Assembly (NCBI GenBank): GCA_029838195.1
Contig: JALGVJ010000001.1
Location: forward strand, 64,001 to 128,000
Length of the DNA: 64,000 nucleotides
Source: Promethearchaeota archaeon
Lineage (GTDB): Archaea; Asgardarchaeota; Lokiarchaeia; Sigyniarchaeales; SOKP01
Reading direction: 5' to 3'
Program-made: the position numbers and the translations under genes
Shown: positions 1 through 10,650 of the stretch, piece by piece
Numbering within the stretch: the stretch's first letter is position 1
Layout: each line of letters begins with the position of its first letter
The notes under the pieces: model-generated
What the model was told of the DNA's origin: nothing
Database searches by the model: none
The model's input: only the letters and a program-made list of their open reading frames with translations

Positions 1-248
1 TATTTTATAGAGAGGGAAATGAATCCAAATATTAAACCAATCGAACCCAATGCACCATATTGAGCATATGCTACATTTGCTGGGACTCCACGGGAAATTA
101 AAAATTCATCCACGACATAAGAAACGATTAATGGTCCGGCATTTGAAGTGAAGATATCGACTAAATTAATTAATCCCATTACGAAAAGGGAGTAATAGAT
201 ATATTGTTTCGTATAGGTAATTTTCTTCTTTTCGTTTTGTTGTTCCAT
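1..248 (-). CDS. Membrane protein, probably MFS transporter N-terminus (runs off window)
   Basis: ATG at 248, open to window edge: MEQQNEKKKITYTKQYIYYSLFVMGLINLVDIFTSNAGPLIVSYVVDEF...; TM1/TM2 pattern of MFS. Confidence 0.6.
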   Translation of the reverse strand, partial: MEQQNEKKKITYTKQYIYYSLFVMGLINLVDIFTSNAGPLIVSYVVDEFLISRGVPANVAYAQYGALGSIGLIFGFISLSIK

Positions 249-445
249 TTAACTTCATCTTTTTTTTTATTGTTGTTAATTTAGAAAAAAAAAGTTTAAA
301 TTGAGATAATTCAAAAGTTTATTTAAATATTTGTCTTATTTTTATATAAATATTTATTAAGAAAAAATACATTTTTTAATTTTGAACATGCTTTAAAGAA
401 AGAAACTCTTTAGAGCTAAATTGCATTAAAAATTAATTAGTCTTA

Positions 446-1081
446 ATGGATAATCGTGAAATGAAGAGTAAGCATCATGGCGGACGAATTATCAGTTTTA
501 GGCTTTCTGAAGGTCTTAGCAAAATGTTAGATGATATAAAACGGCATAGCAAGCAAACTTTAAGTGATTTCATGCGGAAAGCTATTTATAATTATATAAT
601 AATGTTTTATGTGAATCCTCAATTTGGAAATCCTCAAATGATATTCAGTAAAAATCTCATTTTCAAAATGTTCAATTTTCTTAATGAAAGAGAAGTGGAA
701 GAAATTGCAGATCTTGCATTTCAGAATTCTTTAAAATCAATGGAAAAATATAAAACTCTTTTGAAAAAAGACAAATTTGCGAATGAAAAACCATCTAATT
801 TCATGCATCAAATCTATTATTTCTTGAATACATTTAAGGAAACCGTGTTTTCTCCCCATGCGCAAAACTGGATGAGTTATTTTGATTTTAAAATACAAAA
901 GGATACAATACTAATTTTAGGAAATCATGATTTAGGCATGCACTTTTCCAATTTTGTAGCCTCGCTTCTTGAAAAACATTTGACACGATATTCATTCATT
1001 TTAGAAAATAAAAAGTTTTTTTCTAAAGATACGGAAGGAAAAAATTATAATATAGTTTTGAAGTTTAAAATTAATTTATAA
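446..1081 (+). CDS. Ribbon-helix-helix domain protein with C-terminal uncharacterised domain
   Basis: N-terminal IISFRLSEGLSKMLDDI..QTLSDFMRKAI is a CopG/RHH pattern. Confidence 0.6.
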   Translation: MDNREMKSKHHGGRIISFRLSEGLSKMLDDIKRHSKQTLSDFMRKAIYNYIIMFYVNPQFGNPQMIFSKNLIFKMFNFLNEREVEEIADLAFQNSLKSMEKYKTLLKKDKFANEKPSNFMHQIYYFLNTFKETVFSPHAQNWMSYFDFKIQKDTILILGNHDLGMHFSNFVASLLEKHLTRYSFILENKKFFSKDTEGKNYNIVLKFKINL

Positions 1082-1523
1082 TGATAGGAATTAAATTTTT
1101 TCTAAAACAAGAAATAGAATGGATAAAAAATGAAATGTTCGTGTTTCCTTTTCCTCTTGAAAACTATCTATCGTTAAAACCTAATATATAAAAAACATGA
1201 GATAAATGAACCATTCTTAAATATTTTCCAACGAAAATAATGTAATAAAAATTTTTAAAATGCAGTAGTAGTCTTTTTTTGAAAAAATAAAAATTATTAT
1301 TTCACTTCTCAAAAATTAGAAATTTAGGTTTAATAGTTTTATTTTATTATCAAATTTACATTCATCCTTTTAAATGATACTTAAACCAATCAATTTTTTC
1401 TATTATACTCATTACTCATTGAAAATCATGAAAGAGTTAGTTAAGATGACAAAATTTTTTTCTAAATTTTTAACATTTTTCGGGGAGAGAAAAAAAAAAC
1501 TAAGGTTTAAAGTATAATCCCTC

Positions 1524-2306
1524 TTATTTAGTTGTCCATCCTCCATCCAAGCGTAAATCTGCTCCTGTCATGTAGGAGGATTCGTCTGATGCTAAAAATA
1601 AAATTCCTGAAGCGATTTCTTCTGGCCTTGCCCATCTTCCCATGACACCTTCTTTTTCAAATTCTTCTTTCACGACTTCATAGGGAATTCCTCTATCACG
1701 TGCTTGTTTCTCAACATCGCTTCTTAGCATTGGCGTATCCGTTGCGCCAGGAGAAACACTATTTACGCGGACGTTGTAAGGAGCTAAATCCAAGGCCAAG
1801 CCCCTTGTATATCCTAATACGCCGGCCTTCGTGGAGCAGTAATTTGCGTGGGCCACTTGGCCGATATGTGCCGCTACGGAGGCTAAGGTTATGATCGAGC
1901 CAAATTTTTGTTTTTTAAAATACGGAATCGCATACTTACACGTGTAATGAGTTCCCTTTAAATTTACATCAATTAATAAATCATATTCTTCGTCGGGAAA
2001 ATCTTCTACGGGACCCACACGAACGACTCCTGCGTTAACTACCAACACGTCAATTCTACCATGCATTTCAATGGTTTTATCTATCATTTCTTTAACATTT
2101 TGAGAATTCCTCACGTCTACTTTCATGATGGTTGTTCTTTCTCGTCCGCCTTCTTCTTTAATTAATTCTAAGGTTTTTTTCAATTCTTCTTCATTTATAT
2201 CGGCTAAGACCTGAATTGCTCCCTCTTTAGCGAATAAAATGGCTGTAGATCTTCCAATTCCTCGGGCACTTCCCGTTATCACGCAAACTTTATCTTTCAA
2301 TCTCAT
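1524..2306 (-). CDS. Short-chain dehydrogenase/reductase (FabG-like)
   Basis: TGSARGIG, NAG, YCSTK, PG..DT, DGG motifs; GGTGA SD upstream. Confidence 0.95.
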   Translation of the reverse strand: MRLKDKVCVITGSARGIGRSTAILFAKEGAIQVLADINEEELKKTLELIKEEGGRERTTIMKVDVRNSQNVKEMIDKTIEMHGRIDVLVVNAGVVRVGPVEDFPDEEYDLLIDVNLKGTHYTCKYAIPYFKKQKFGSIITLASVAAHIGQVAHANYCSTKAGVLGYTRGLALDLAPYNVRVNSVSPGATDTPMLRSDVEKQARDRGIPYEVVKEEFEKEGVMGRWARPEEIASGILFLASDESSYMTGADLRLDGGWTTK

Positions 2307-2471
2307 GCTTTTTTCACCTAACGATTAAATGTAATTTATCTAATCTTTTTTTGCATTAATTAAAATTTGTTTTCAATAAATGATATTAACTGATACATGA
2401 TTATTTAAACAGATTGGGGAAATATTATAAAATAATTCTTCAATGTTTCCCTAAAGTTTTTTTAATTTTGG

Positions 2472-3608
2472 TTATTTGACCATGATATTTTTTTCAAGCG
2501 ATGATAGTGGTTCGCATCCTGTATTGGTGATTTTATAGCAATCTTCCACTCCCACTAATCCTTGTCCTCTTACATTTAGCCAGACTTCAATATCTAATAC
2601 CATGTTTTCTTCGAAAGGTATATCCATTCCCCCCATGGGGCTGAATAAATGGGCTTCTTCGCACTCTAACCCAATGGAATGTCCTGTTATCAGATAAAAA
2701 CCTCGTTTTGAAAGAGATTTCAAATATGTATAGGCTTCCTTGCTGACCGTCTGGGCCTTAACACCTGGTTTTATTTTATCCACGCAAAATTCTTGGAGTT
2801 GGATCATGATTTCCATGGCTTCTCTGGCTTTCTTGGGGACTTCTCCAATAACCACGCCTCGGCTTACATCTGAAATATACCCTTCCCAAACTGCACCAAT
2901 ATCAAATCGAACTATATCGTTAGGGGTAGCAGGAATTCCTAATCCAGGAGCTTCCGGATCGGATGGGCCAATGTTCATTGTCAAGTGATCCCAACCCCAC
3001 GCTCCCTCATCGACAATTGTTCGGCGTGCTACTTTCAACAACTCTGTATCAAGCACGTTCAATTCTGTTGCGTTCATGCAGTTTTGAATCGCCTTTTCCG
3101 CTACTTCCGTGGATTTCTTGATTCTTCTGATTTCTTCGGAAGATTTTATTAAGCGCATGTCTAAAAAAGCACCGTCCGCATCTATAAAATTCGCATCTGG
3201 AAATTTATTTCGAAGCGCTTCAGATTGATATCTAGGCATATAGGATTCCAAGCCGATAGTTTTTTTACCTCCCATATCCCATTCTTCTACTTTCTTCAAA
3301 AGAGTATTCACGGCGGCTTCGAGGGAGCCAATGCGAAACACCTCACTAGGAGATACCCATGAAAATTCTTCAATGCTGTCATATAATGACCATACTAATG
3401 CGCTTACTTTTCCATTCCTCTTGATTAATGCCAAATTAGGATATTGATTTGAAAGCACGTACAATATGGGATTCGGAGCTACGTGAAGCACGGGCAATCC
3501 GGTGGTATAAAAAACGTTTACAGGAGTGGATGCTATGAGCAGGTCAATGTCATACTTGTTTAGGATTTCTTCTGCCCGTTTCTTATCATAACCTATAGGT
3601 TGTACCAT
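2472..3608 (-). CDS. M24 family Xaa-Pro peptidase / creatinase-like protein
   Basis: Creatinase_N domain plus DIG..GYISD, GHSIGL, E..GVED metal ligands. Confidence 0.9.
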   Translation of the reverse strand: MVQPIGYDKKRAEEILNKYDIDLLIASTPVNVFYTTGLPVLHVAPNPILYVLSNQYPNLALIKRNGKVSALVWSLYDSIEEFSWVSPSEVFRIGSLEAAVNTLLKKVEEWDMGGKKTIGLESYMPRYQSEALRNKFPDANFIDADGAFLDMRLIKSSEEIRRIKKSTEVAEKAIQNCMNATELNVLDTELLKVARRTIVDEGAWGWDHLTMNIGPSDPEAPGLGIPATPNDIVRFDIGAVWEGYISDVSRGVVIGEVPKKAREAMEIMIQLQEFCVDKIKPGVKAQTVSKEAYTYLKSLSKRGFYLITGHSIGLECEEAHLFSPMGGMDIPFEENMVLDIEVWLNVRGQGLVGVEDCYKITNTGCEPLSSLEKNIMVK

Positions 3609-3819
3609 TTTTCATCATTTCATGAAAAATTAATTTTATTTTAATCGTAGTAAAAACATTCTATTTAATTTTTTATATATATCTCCATTAATAAAAGCTT
3701 GAATCTCTTAGAAAATATTACAATGAAAATTTCTCAAGATATTGATTAATTATTTTGAAAATCTATTTAATTTTACGTTCATTCCTCATTATAATTAACT
3801 TTTTTCGTTATTTTAGAAA

Positions 3820-4947
3820 ATGAGCGAAAGCGTAAGATTTGGAATCATTGGAGCCGGAAGTGTCTGGAGATTTCATCACGTCGGCACAAAAAATAATCCA
3901 AAAATTAAATTTGTCGCAGTACATGATACGAATGAAAAAAATTTAAAAAAAATTGCCAAGAAATTCAACATGGAGCCCTATTCTAACTTAGACGATTTTT
4001 TAAAAAGTGATATCGATGCTGTTTTAATCATGGTGCCTCATTTTCTACATGAACGCATGGTAGCTGCCGTTGCCGAAGCAGGAAAACATATTCTCTGTGA
4101 AAAACCCATGGCCATCACGCTAGAAGGCTGCGACTCTATGATTGAAAAAACTAAAGAAGCCGGAGTCAAATTCATGATTGCCGAGAATCATCGTTTTTTA
4201 CCCGCACACGAGTATATTGCAAGAGCTGTCCAGGAAGGCTTAATAGGAAAACCCTTTTTAGTAAGAGCTTATGAAGGCGTGAATGAAATTCCGGGACTCA
4301 TGAAGCCAGACAGCTGGAAGGGAGATCCACTAAAAGCGGGAGGTGGAGCTTTAATGGACATGGGAGCTCATAAATTTGCGACTATCAATTGGATCTTGAA
4401 AGATACCGTAGAATCTGCGAATTGCTGGATTACGAAACAATGCACTAATTTGAGCTCTAAAGGAGAAGATAATGCGATCGCACTATTGAAATATAAAAGT
4501 GGTGTTTTAGCAGAAATTACAACTAGCTTTACGGTGGTCTCACCACCGACAAATTCATTGGAAATCTATGGAACAGAGGGTACTATTATTGAAAATCATG
4601 AATGGATAAATCCTGTAAGAATCTTTTCTAATCATGAGAACATGGGAGAATTTAGAGGAAAATGGCATGAACCGGAAATCGAGCATGGCCCTTTTCCAAT
4701 TTATTATCGAATTTCCATGGAAAGAGAAGATGCTCATTTTGCGGAATGCATTTTAGAAAATAAAACTCCCGAATTTACACCCGAACAGGCAAGAGAAGCA
4801 ATTAAAGGAGTATTATTGGGGTATTTATCGGCAAGAGAAAACAAAGAAGTAAAAATGGATGAGTTAATGGATATCTATCAAAAAAAAGGCACAAAAAGTA
4901 TTTTAATAGGATTAGAAAATTACGTTAAGAACAATTATTGTATCTAA
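3820..4947 (+). CDS. Gfo/Idh/MocA oxidoreductase
   Basis: GIIGAG, CEKP, GGGALMDMGAH. Confidence 0.93.
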   Translation: MSESVRFGIIGAGSVWRFHHVGTKNNPKIKFVAVHDTNEKNLKKIAKKFNMEPYSNLDDFLKSDIDAVLIMVPHFLHERMVAAVAEAGKHILCEKPMAITLEGCDSMIEKTKEAGVKFMIAENHRFLPAHEYIARAVQEGLIGKPFLVRAYEGVNEIPGLMKPDSWKGDPLKAGGGALMDMGAHKFATINWILKDTVESANCWITKQCTNLSSKGEDNAIALLKYKSGVLAEITTSFTVVSPPTNSLEIYGTEGTIIENHEWINPVRIFSNHENMGEFRGKWHEPEIEHGPFPIYYRISMEREDAHFAECILENKTPEFTPEQAREAIKGVLLGYLSARENKEVKMDELMDIYQKKGTKSILIGLENYVKNNYCI

Positions 4948-5077
4948 TTTAGCTAAGACAATTCCACTGAAGCTTTTTATTTACTTTTTTATTAAAAATA
5001 ATATTATTATAAAATCTTAGATAATAAGATACGTGACATTTTAAATGAAAATATCAAATTAAGGAGATAAATAGCTC

Positions 5078-5572
5078 GTGTTTTACTTTGAGATTTTATC
5101 CTCGCTCTATAATAATAAAATAAAATATTTAATTGTGGGAGGATTAGCCGTGAACTTACATGGCATACCGCGGGTAACTCAAGATTTAGATATAATCATG
5201 TCCTTAAAAAAAAATAATATCTTAAAATTCATTGACATGCTAGAAGAACTTGGATATGTCCCCCGCCTTCCTATAGATCCCCATGACCTTTTAAACCCCA
5301 AAATAGTACGGGATTGGATCGATAATCGAAATCTTAAAGCATTTACATTTTATAATAAAATAGATAATTATAAAGAAATAGATCTCGTATTAGCCCATCC
5401 ATTAAATTTTGATCAAGCATTTGAAAAAAGAATCAAAAAAAAAGTTGAAGATATTGAGATATACCTCATTTCATTAGATGATTTAATAATAATGAAAAAA
5501 AAAGCGGGAAGAAAGCAAGATCTTAGCGATGTGAAGCTATTAGAGAAATTAAAACAAGAATTAGGTGAATGA
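5078..5572 (+). CDS. Pol-beta-superfamily nucleotidyltransferase, MenT1/DUF6036-like putative toxin
   Basis: VGGLAVNLHGIPRVTQDLD and LIIMKKKAGRKQDLSD motifs. Confidence 0.8.
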   Translation: MFYFEILSSLYNNKIKYLIVGGLAVNLHGIPRVTQDLDIIMSLKKNNILKFIDMLEELGYVPRLPIDPHDLLNPKIVRDWIDNRNLKAFTFYNKIDNYKEIDLVLAHPLNFDQAFEKRIKKKVEDIEIYLISLDDLIIMKKKAGRKQDLSDVKLLEKLKQELGE

Positions 5573-5573
5573 T

Positions 5574-5744
5574 TTGACAAATGGTTATGAATATACCGTT
5601 GAGGAAGATAAAATTAAAAAATATCTTAAACTATCTACTAAACAAAAATTGGAATGGTTAGAAGAAATTAATAAACTTACAGACTTAGTTCTTACTCCTA
5701 AACAGAAAGAAGTCAGAAATAAATTTCGATCAGGAGAAATTTAG
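5574..5744 (+). CDS. 56-aa small protein, putative antitoxin partner (not in ORF track)
   Basis: TTG start 1 nt after NTase stop, SD AGGTGA 5563-5568; MTNGYEYTVEEDKIKKYLKLSTKQKLEWLEEINKLTDLVLTPKQKEVRNKFRSGEI*. Confidence 0.7.
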   Translation: MTNGYEYTVEEDKIKKYLKLSTKQKLEWLEEINKLTDLVLTPKQKEVRNKFRSGEI

Positions 5745-5789
5745 ATAATTCCCCTTTCATAAAAATTCTTAGGTGTGAATTGACATTCC

Positions 5790-6365
5790 TTATTGGGCAT
5801 TTACTATAATTTTTGCAGTAGGATCTTTTTCATATCCAAAATACTTTCCATGTTTACCATGTAAAATAATCGTGGAGTTTTCACCCATTAGAGCACCACA
5901 ATAATCTCCTATTGTACCTCTGATCTTCAGAACCTTATCCTTTGGTAATAAATATCCAATAAAATCCAGAGAATATCCGATTTTATTGTCGTCAGAAGGA
6001 CCTCTTGCTCTCATATCAACATTTGAAGATGCATTATTAATTATTCTTGAGTTAAATAGTTCTAAGTCAATACTTATCTTATCTTGATTTTGAAATAATC
6101 GCTTTAAAAGGGCGTTAAGAAATAAGCCCGCAAATACGGGAAAAAAAGGTTTATCACAATATTTGTAAAACTCATTATTTAGAAGGAATTGGACATCTGC
6201 CACCTCAAATGAATCAATTATCTGAACCATTTCAACAAATTCTTGAAACATGCGAAAAATTTTATCTAGATATTCTTCCGGTCTGTTAAGAGAGATTTCA
6301 ATTAATTCGTCCAGCAAACCATAATATTCAAATATTTCTTTAAGGGCTTCACTTAATGCACTCAT
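5790..6365 (-). CDS. Hypothetical protein with C-terminal GXGXG (GltB/FwdC-like) beta-helix repeats
   Basis: IRGTIGDYCGALMGENSTIILHGKHGKYFG. Confidence 0.6.
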   Translation of the reverse strand: MSALSEALKEIFEYYGLLDELIEISLNRPEEYLDKIFRMFQEFVEMVQIIDSFEVADVQFLLNNEFYKYCDKPFFPVFAGLFLNALLKRLFQNQDKISIDLELFNSRIINNASSNVDMRARGPSDDNKIGYSLDFIGYLLPKDKVLKIRGTIGDYCGALMGENSTIILHGKHGKYFGYEKDPTAKIIVNAQ

Positions 6366-6558
6366 CCTAATAATTGTGTAATAAATTTAATATTTAAAAT
6401 TATTTTTCAGAAATAGGAGGCCAATTTCTATTAATTTTTTGCTCTCGTTTTAATTCTTTAACATGAAGATATTTCTACTATTTAGGAATCTTGAAGATTC
6501 TAAACTTGGAAAAATTCCTTTATAACATGAATCTGGATTCATTACAAATAAACTTGAA

Positions 6559-7473
6559 ATGAAAGTAAATATAAAATTAAATATGGATGGTTTTTCTTAT
6601 TGGCTTGGCGTTTTTTTGGCAATTTTAGCCGGAATTATCATGAATTATGGAATCCTATTACAAAAACAAGTTATCGTGTCCCTCCCTAAAGAAGCAAAAT
6701 TTATGAGAACCTTGATTAGAACACCCCGTTGGATAATTGGTTTGATTTTAGGCTATATAGTCGCCGGATTATTTTATATTTTGGCCATGCTATTCATTGG
6801 ACCTGCTCTCGTTCCGGGGCTTTTAGCTTTGGGGATTGTCGTTCTTGCTATCGGGTCGGTAAAAATTATAGGAGATCGTCTTAAAAAGGAGGAAATTGTA
6901 GCAATTATTTTAATGATAATTGCTACATTTTTATTAAGTTTTTCCGGGTTATCCATAGCAATAACGGAATATAATTTTATAGAACTTAATTTTATAATCC
7001 GTTTAACCATTTTCACCTTCGTATTTTTCATTGTATCCATTATTTTAGAACTCATCCAAAGAAAAATTAGCTATCTAAAGGGTTTTTCTTTAGCACTTAT
7101 TGCAGGTTTTATGTACGCTCTCACGGATTTCTGGATGGGTATTCTAGTAGGACTCCTTCCTCGTTTATTTCAAGGACTCTTGTTGATGGAGGAAATTATT
7201 TTATTTATCATTTGTGGAGTCATTTTAATCGTTACCAATGTATTTGCCGTAGTAAAACTACAACAAGCCTTAAAACAAGGTGTAGCCAGTAATATCATGG
7301 TCATGCAACAAATTCCCATTAATTTCATTCCCTTTCTTGCTTATTTGGCCATATTTTTATTAACACCCCCATCCATTTATTCCATTTTGCTAATAATTGT
7401 GGGCTCCATTTTAATCATTATATGCTCTTATCTGTTAGGCCGTAGACAAATCGAATTAGAAAAAATTCATTAA
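6559..7473 (+). CDS. DMT-superfamily membrane protein, NIPA Mg2+-transporter-like
   Basis: About 9 TM; LAILAG..LQK, PRWIIG, GPALVPGL..GDRL pattern. Confidence 0.65.
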   Translation: MKVNIKLNMDGFSYWLGVFLAILAGIIMNYGILLQKQVIVSLPKEAKFMRTLIRTPRWIIGLILGYIVAGLFYILAMLFIGPALVPGLLALGIVVLAIGSVKIIGDRLKKEEIVAIILMIIATFLLSFSGLSIAITEYNFIELNFIIRLTIFTFVFFIVSIILELIQRKISYLKGFSLALIAGFMYALTDFWMGILVGLLPRLFQGLLLMEEIILFIICGVILIVTNVFAVVKLQQALKQGVASNIMVMQQIPINFIPFLAYLAIFLLTPPSIYSILLIIVGSILIIICSYLLGRRQIELEKIH

Positions 7474-7582
7474 AGTTCCTTTTTAGATATTTTTTTCTAA
7501 ATTTTCTTTTTTATACCTTAACGGCTTAGGTTCCTTTCCTTTTAATCTATTACGATTACGAGTTATAAAATCATTTCTTTTA

Positions 7583-7620
7583 AAAAACGAGTTAAAAAAT
7601 GAAGAAATTCACTCGTTTTT
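7583..7620. terminator. Inverted repeat between convergent genes, possible bidirectional terminator
   Basis: AAAAACGAGT (7583-7592) / ACTCGTTTTT (7611-7620). Confidence 0.35.
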
Positions 7621-7722
7621 GCTTTTCCCATCTCTAAATAATTTATTTATCGATTATCTATAACACTATTTTTGCCCAGTTAGAATTAATTTCACACATC
7701 CCTCAAATTAGAAATAACACCA

Positions 7723-8961
7723 TCAATTCAAACTTTTTACAAATATTATTGTGAGAATGAGCGTAATGGAAATTAAAACGCCGATAAAATAAAACGGAAG
7801 AAATAAATTTAACGTTCCTAAAAATGACAATACAATGGGTCCTATAGCCCCGCAAAAAAATCCTAATGAATTATTCAATCCAAACCCAGAACCCTTTAAA
7901 TTTGGATTCACGTGTTCAATCTTTTTGAGAAGATTCGTATTTCCCGCTGTTTCAAACATCCCTAAGCCGAGCGATGAAAATAATCCCGCAATTATAAATA
8001 GTAAAAAACTTAAAGTGAAAGAAACAACGATGAACAACAAACCAAAAGAAATGATTATAGCCTGACCAAGAATCATTATCTTTCTTGGGCCTAAAATGTC
8101 CACCAAGCGCCCCGTTACAATGACAAAAGAGATATAAATTAAAATCAAAACTAATAAGAGATAACTCGTCTCTATTTCATTCAACCCAAATTGGATTTGC
8201 ATGAGCCAAATTAAATACGCCACGATGCTTGAAAAAGTAAACCAACGAATGCAATTAATTAAGACAGCCATTTTGTATTGAAAATCTCTGATCAAATGCT
8301 TGAGTTCATTAGTATTCACGTGTAAGATGGAAGTTTCCTCTCCCCAAGCATTATTATTATTATTTTGAGTTGCAGTTTTTCCATGTTTTTCCTTTAAAAA
8401 AATTAAAATCAACAACCCTGAGATTGTCGCTAAGCATCCCGAAATGAGGAAAATATATCTGAAACCCAAATAATATGCGATGTAACCGCCGATCATCACG
8501 CCTCCGAAATAGCCCAGCGTAAAAGATATGGAAAAATAAGACATTCCCTTTCCTTTTTCTTCTTTCTCGTACAAATCAGCAACGATTGCCATTAGGATGG
8601 AAGTATATGCGCCTGCGCCTTGAATGGCACGAAATATGATGAATTGCAAGATGGATTGACTAAAATAGCAGAGAAACGTGCCCAAAGTGTATATAAAAAT
8701 TCCCATTAATACGATCTTTTTTTTTCCATATTTATCAGATAGTGCCGCCATGGGAAATTGAAATACACTCTGAGTTACGGAAAAGATCCCTATGACTAAT
8801 CCGTAAGAGATGAGAGTACCTGAAAGACTGATGATAAATCGAGGCAACCCTATTTCAATAACAGAAAGTCCAATGGAGCGAAAAAAATTTGAAAATAAAA
8901 TTACAAAAACCGTAATGCGTGCGAAAGCAGTATCTTTTCGTGCTTTTGACCCTCTTTCCAT
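7723..8961 (-). CDS. MFS transporter (YajR-like), tandem paralog A
   Basis: 12 TM, LSDKYGKK motif A, RAIQGAGA. Confidence 0.9.
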   Translation of the reverse strand: MERGSKARKDTAFARITVFVILFSNFFRSIGLSVIEIGLPRFIISLSGTLISYGLVIGIFSVTQSVFQFPMAALSDKYGKKKIVLMGIFIYTLGTFLCYFSQSILQFIIFRAIQGAGAYTSILMAIVADLYEKEEKGKGMSYFSISFTLGYFGGVMIGGYIAYYLGFRYIFLISGCLATISGLLILIFLKEKHGKTATQNNNNNAWGEETSILHVNTNELKHLIRDFQYKMAVLINCIRWFTFSSIVAYLIWLMQIQFGLNEIETSYLLLVLILIYISFVIVTGRLVDILGPRKIMILGQAIIISFGLLFIVVSFTLSFLLFIIAGLFSSLGLGMFETAGNTNLLKKIEHVNPNLKGSGFGLNNSLGFFCGAIGPIVLSFLGTLNLFLPFYFIGVLISITLILTIIFVKSLN

Positions 8962-9144
8962 TATTTTGGAAATTAAAGATTAAATTTAAATTTAATTTCT
9001 CGAATGAAGAGACCACTAATGTGGTTCCCCGCATTTGTAGTTTAGAAATTAAAGGATATATTTAATTAATAATTTTTTTTTAATATCGAAAGCAAATTAG
9101 AGAGAGGGTAATAGGTAAGAAAAAATATTTGGTATTCCTTTTTT

Positions 9145-10362
9145 TTAATCTTTCAATTTCAATGTAAAAATCATTGCCGGAATCATCATGATCATTATAA
9201 AATAATAAGGCAAGTAAATATCTATTTCCCCTAAAGCGCTCAAAATAATGGGGCCTAAAGCACTACAAAGAAATCCGATTGCATTTGCGAATCCTAATCC
9301 AGCTCCTTTCAAATCGGGGTTTTCTTCACTAATTTTTTGTAAAACGCATGTATTGCTTGCTGTTTGAATGATTCCAAAAAATAGGGCATTAAGCAAGCTA
9401 GCAATCATGAAAATAAATAGATCTTGAGTAAGGCTTACGAGAATAAATAAAAATCCAAACAGAATAATGGCGATTTGGCTTATTAATAGCATTTTTTTAG
9501 CACCGTGTTTATCCACGAATTTTCCCGCTATTAAGAGGAAAATCGTGTAAATGAGGACATTTATTATTAAAATATAACTTGTATCGATTGAATTGATTTT
9601 AAATTCTACTTGCAATACCCAAATGAGATAAGAAACAATAGCACCAAATAATAACCATCGCACGCAATTTATAAGAACGGCGAATTGATATTGGTTATTT
9701 TTTAATAAGAATTTTATTTCTTGAATTCTATTGTTCACTTTTGGCTTAATTAAAGATTGAATCTCTTGTTGATCTTCTTTAGTATTCATTGGTTTTAAAA
9801 AAATCACTAATAAAATAGCAGTTATAATCGCTAGGAGTCCCGTGATTAAAAAGATGCTTCTAAAACCCAAATAAAAAGCTACATAACCTCCAATAGCAGT
9901 TCCAGCAAAATATCCTAACGATATAGTCAGTGAATACAAAGCCATTCCCTTTCCTTGCTCATCCCTTTTGTACATGTCCCCAACTACTGCTTGCAAGATG
10001 GAACTATAAGCGCCTGCCCCTTGAATAGCTCTATAAATCAATAATTCTAAAATACTATTAGCTATATAACATAGAAACGTGCCTGCTATGTAAATTAATA
10101 ATCCAATTAATACCATGGTTCTTCTCCCATACTTATCACTCAAGGAAGAAAAAGGGAATTGAAAAAGGGATTGCGTGATATTAAAAATACCTATGACCAA
10201 TCCGTATGAAATCAAGGTTCCTGACAAATCAAGAACAAACTGTGGGAGTCCAATTTGAATAATAGACACTCCGATATATCGGGTTAAATTTGCCGTTAAA
10301 ACAACGAATAATAACACCTTGCTTCTAACCTCAATTTCAAGATCCTTGATCTTTGTTTCCAT
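9145..10362 (-). CDS. MFS transporter (YajR-like), tandem paralog B
   Basis: LSDKYGRR, RAIQGAGA; shares LSGTLISYGLVIGIF with paralog A. Confidence 0.9.
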   Translation of the reverse strand: METKIKDLEIEVRSKVLLFVVLTANLTRYIGVSIIQIGLPQFVLDLSGTLISYGLVIGIFNITQSLFQFPFSSLSDKYGRRTMVLIGLLIYIAGTFLCYIANSILELLIYRAIQGAGAYSSILQAVVGDMYKRDEQGKGMALYSLTISLGYFAGTAIGGYVAFYLGFRSIFLITGLLAIITAILLVIFLKPMNTKEDQQEIQSLIKPKVNNRIQEIKFLLKNNQYQFAVLINCVRWLLFGAIVSYLIWVLQVEFKINSIDTSYILIINVLIYTIFLLIAGKFVDKHGAKKMLLISQIAIILFGFLFILVSLTQDLFIFMIASLLNALFFGIIQTASNTCVLQKISEENPDLKGAGLGFANAIGFLCSALGPIILSALGEIDIYLPYYFIMIMMIPAMIFTLKLKD

Positions 10363-10650
10363 GGTATTTAAAAAATAAGATTTTTCATGTAATATAATTT
10401 AATTTATCTCGAAAGGTTTAAAAAATTTTCAAATAAAGGGAAGCATGTTTATTAATTGAACTTTTTTATTCACGTGAATAATACACATTGGCGAATAATA
10501 CGCATGAGCTTCTCAAAACAATTTTATTTTCATGAAAAAAGAGATGGATTTAAATGTTTAACAATTTATCACGAATAAATAAAATGCTATACGAAAAATT
10601 AATGAATTGTTTGAAAAAATTAATATTAAGAATTACCATTTAATGATCTC

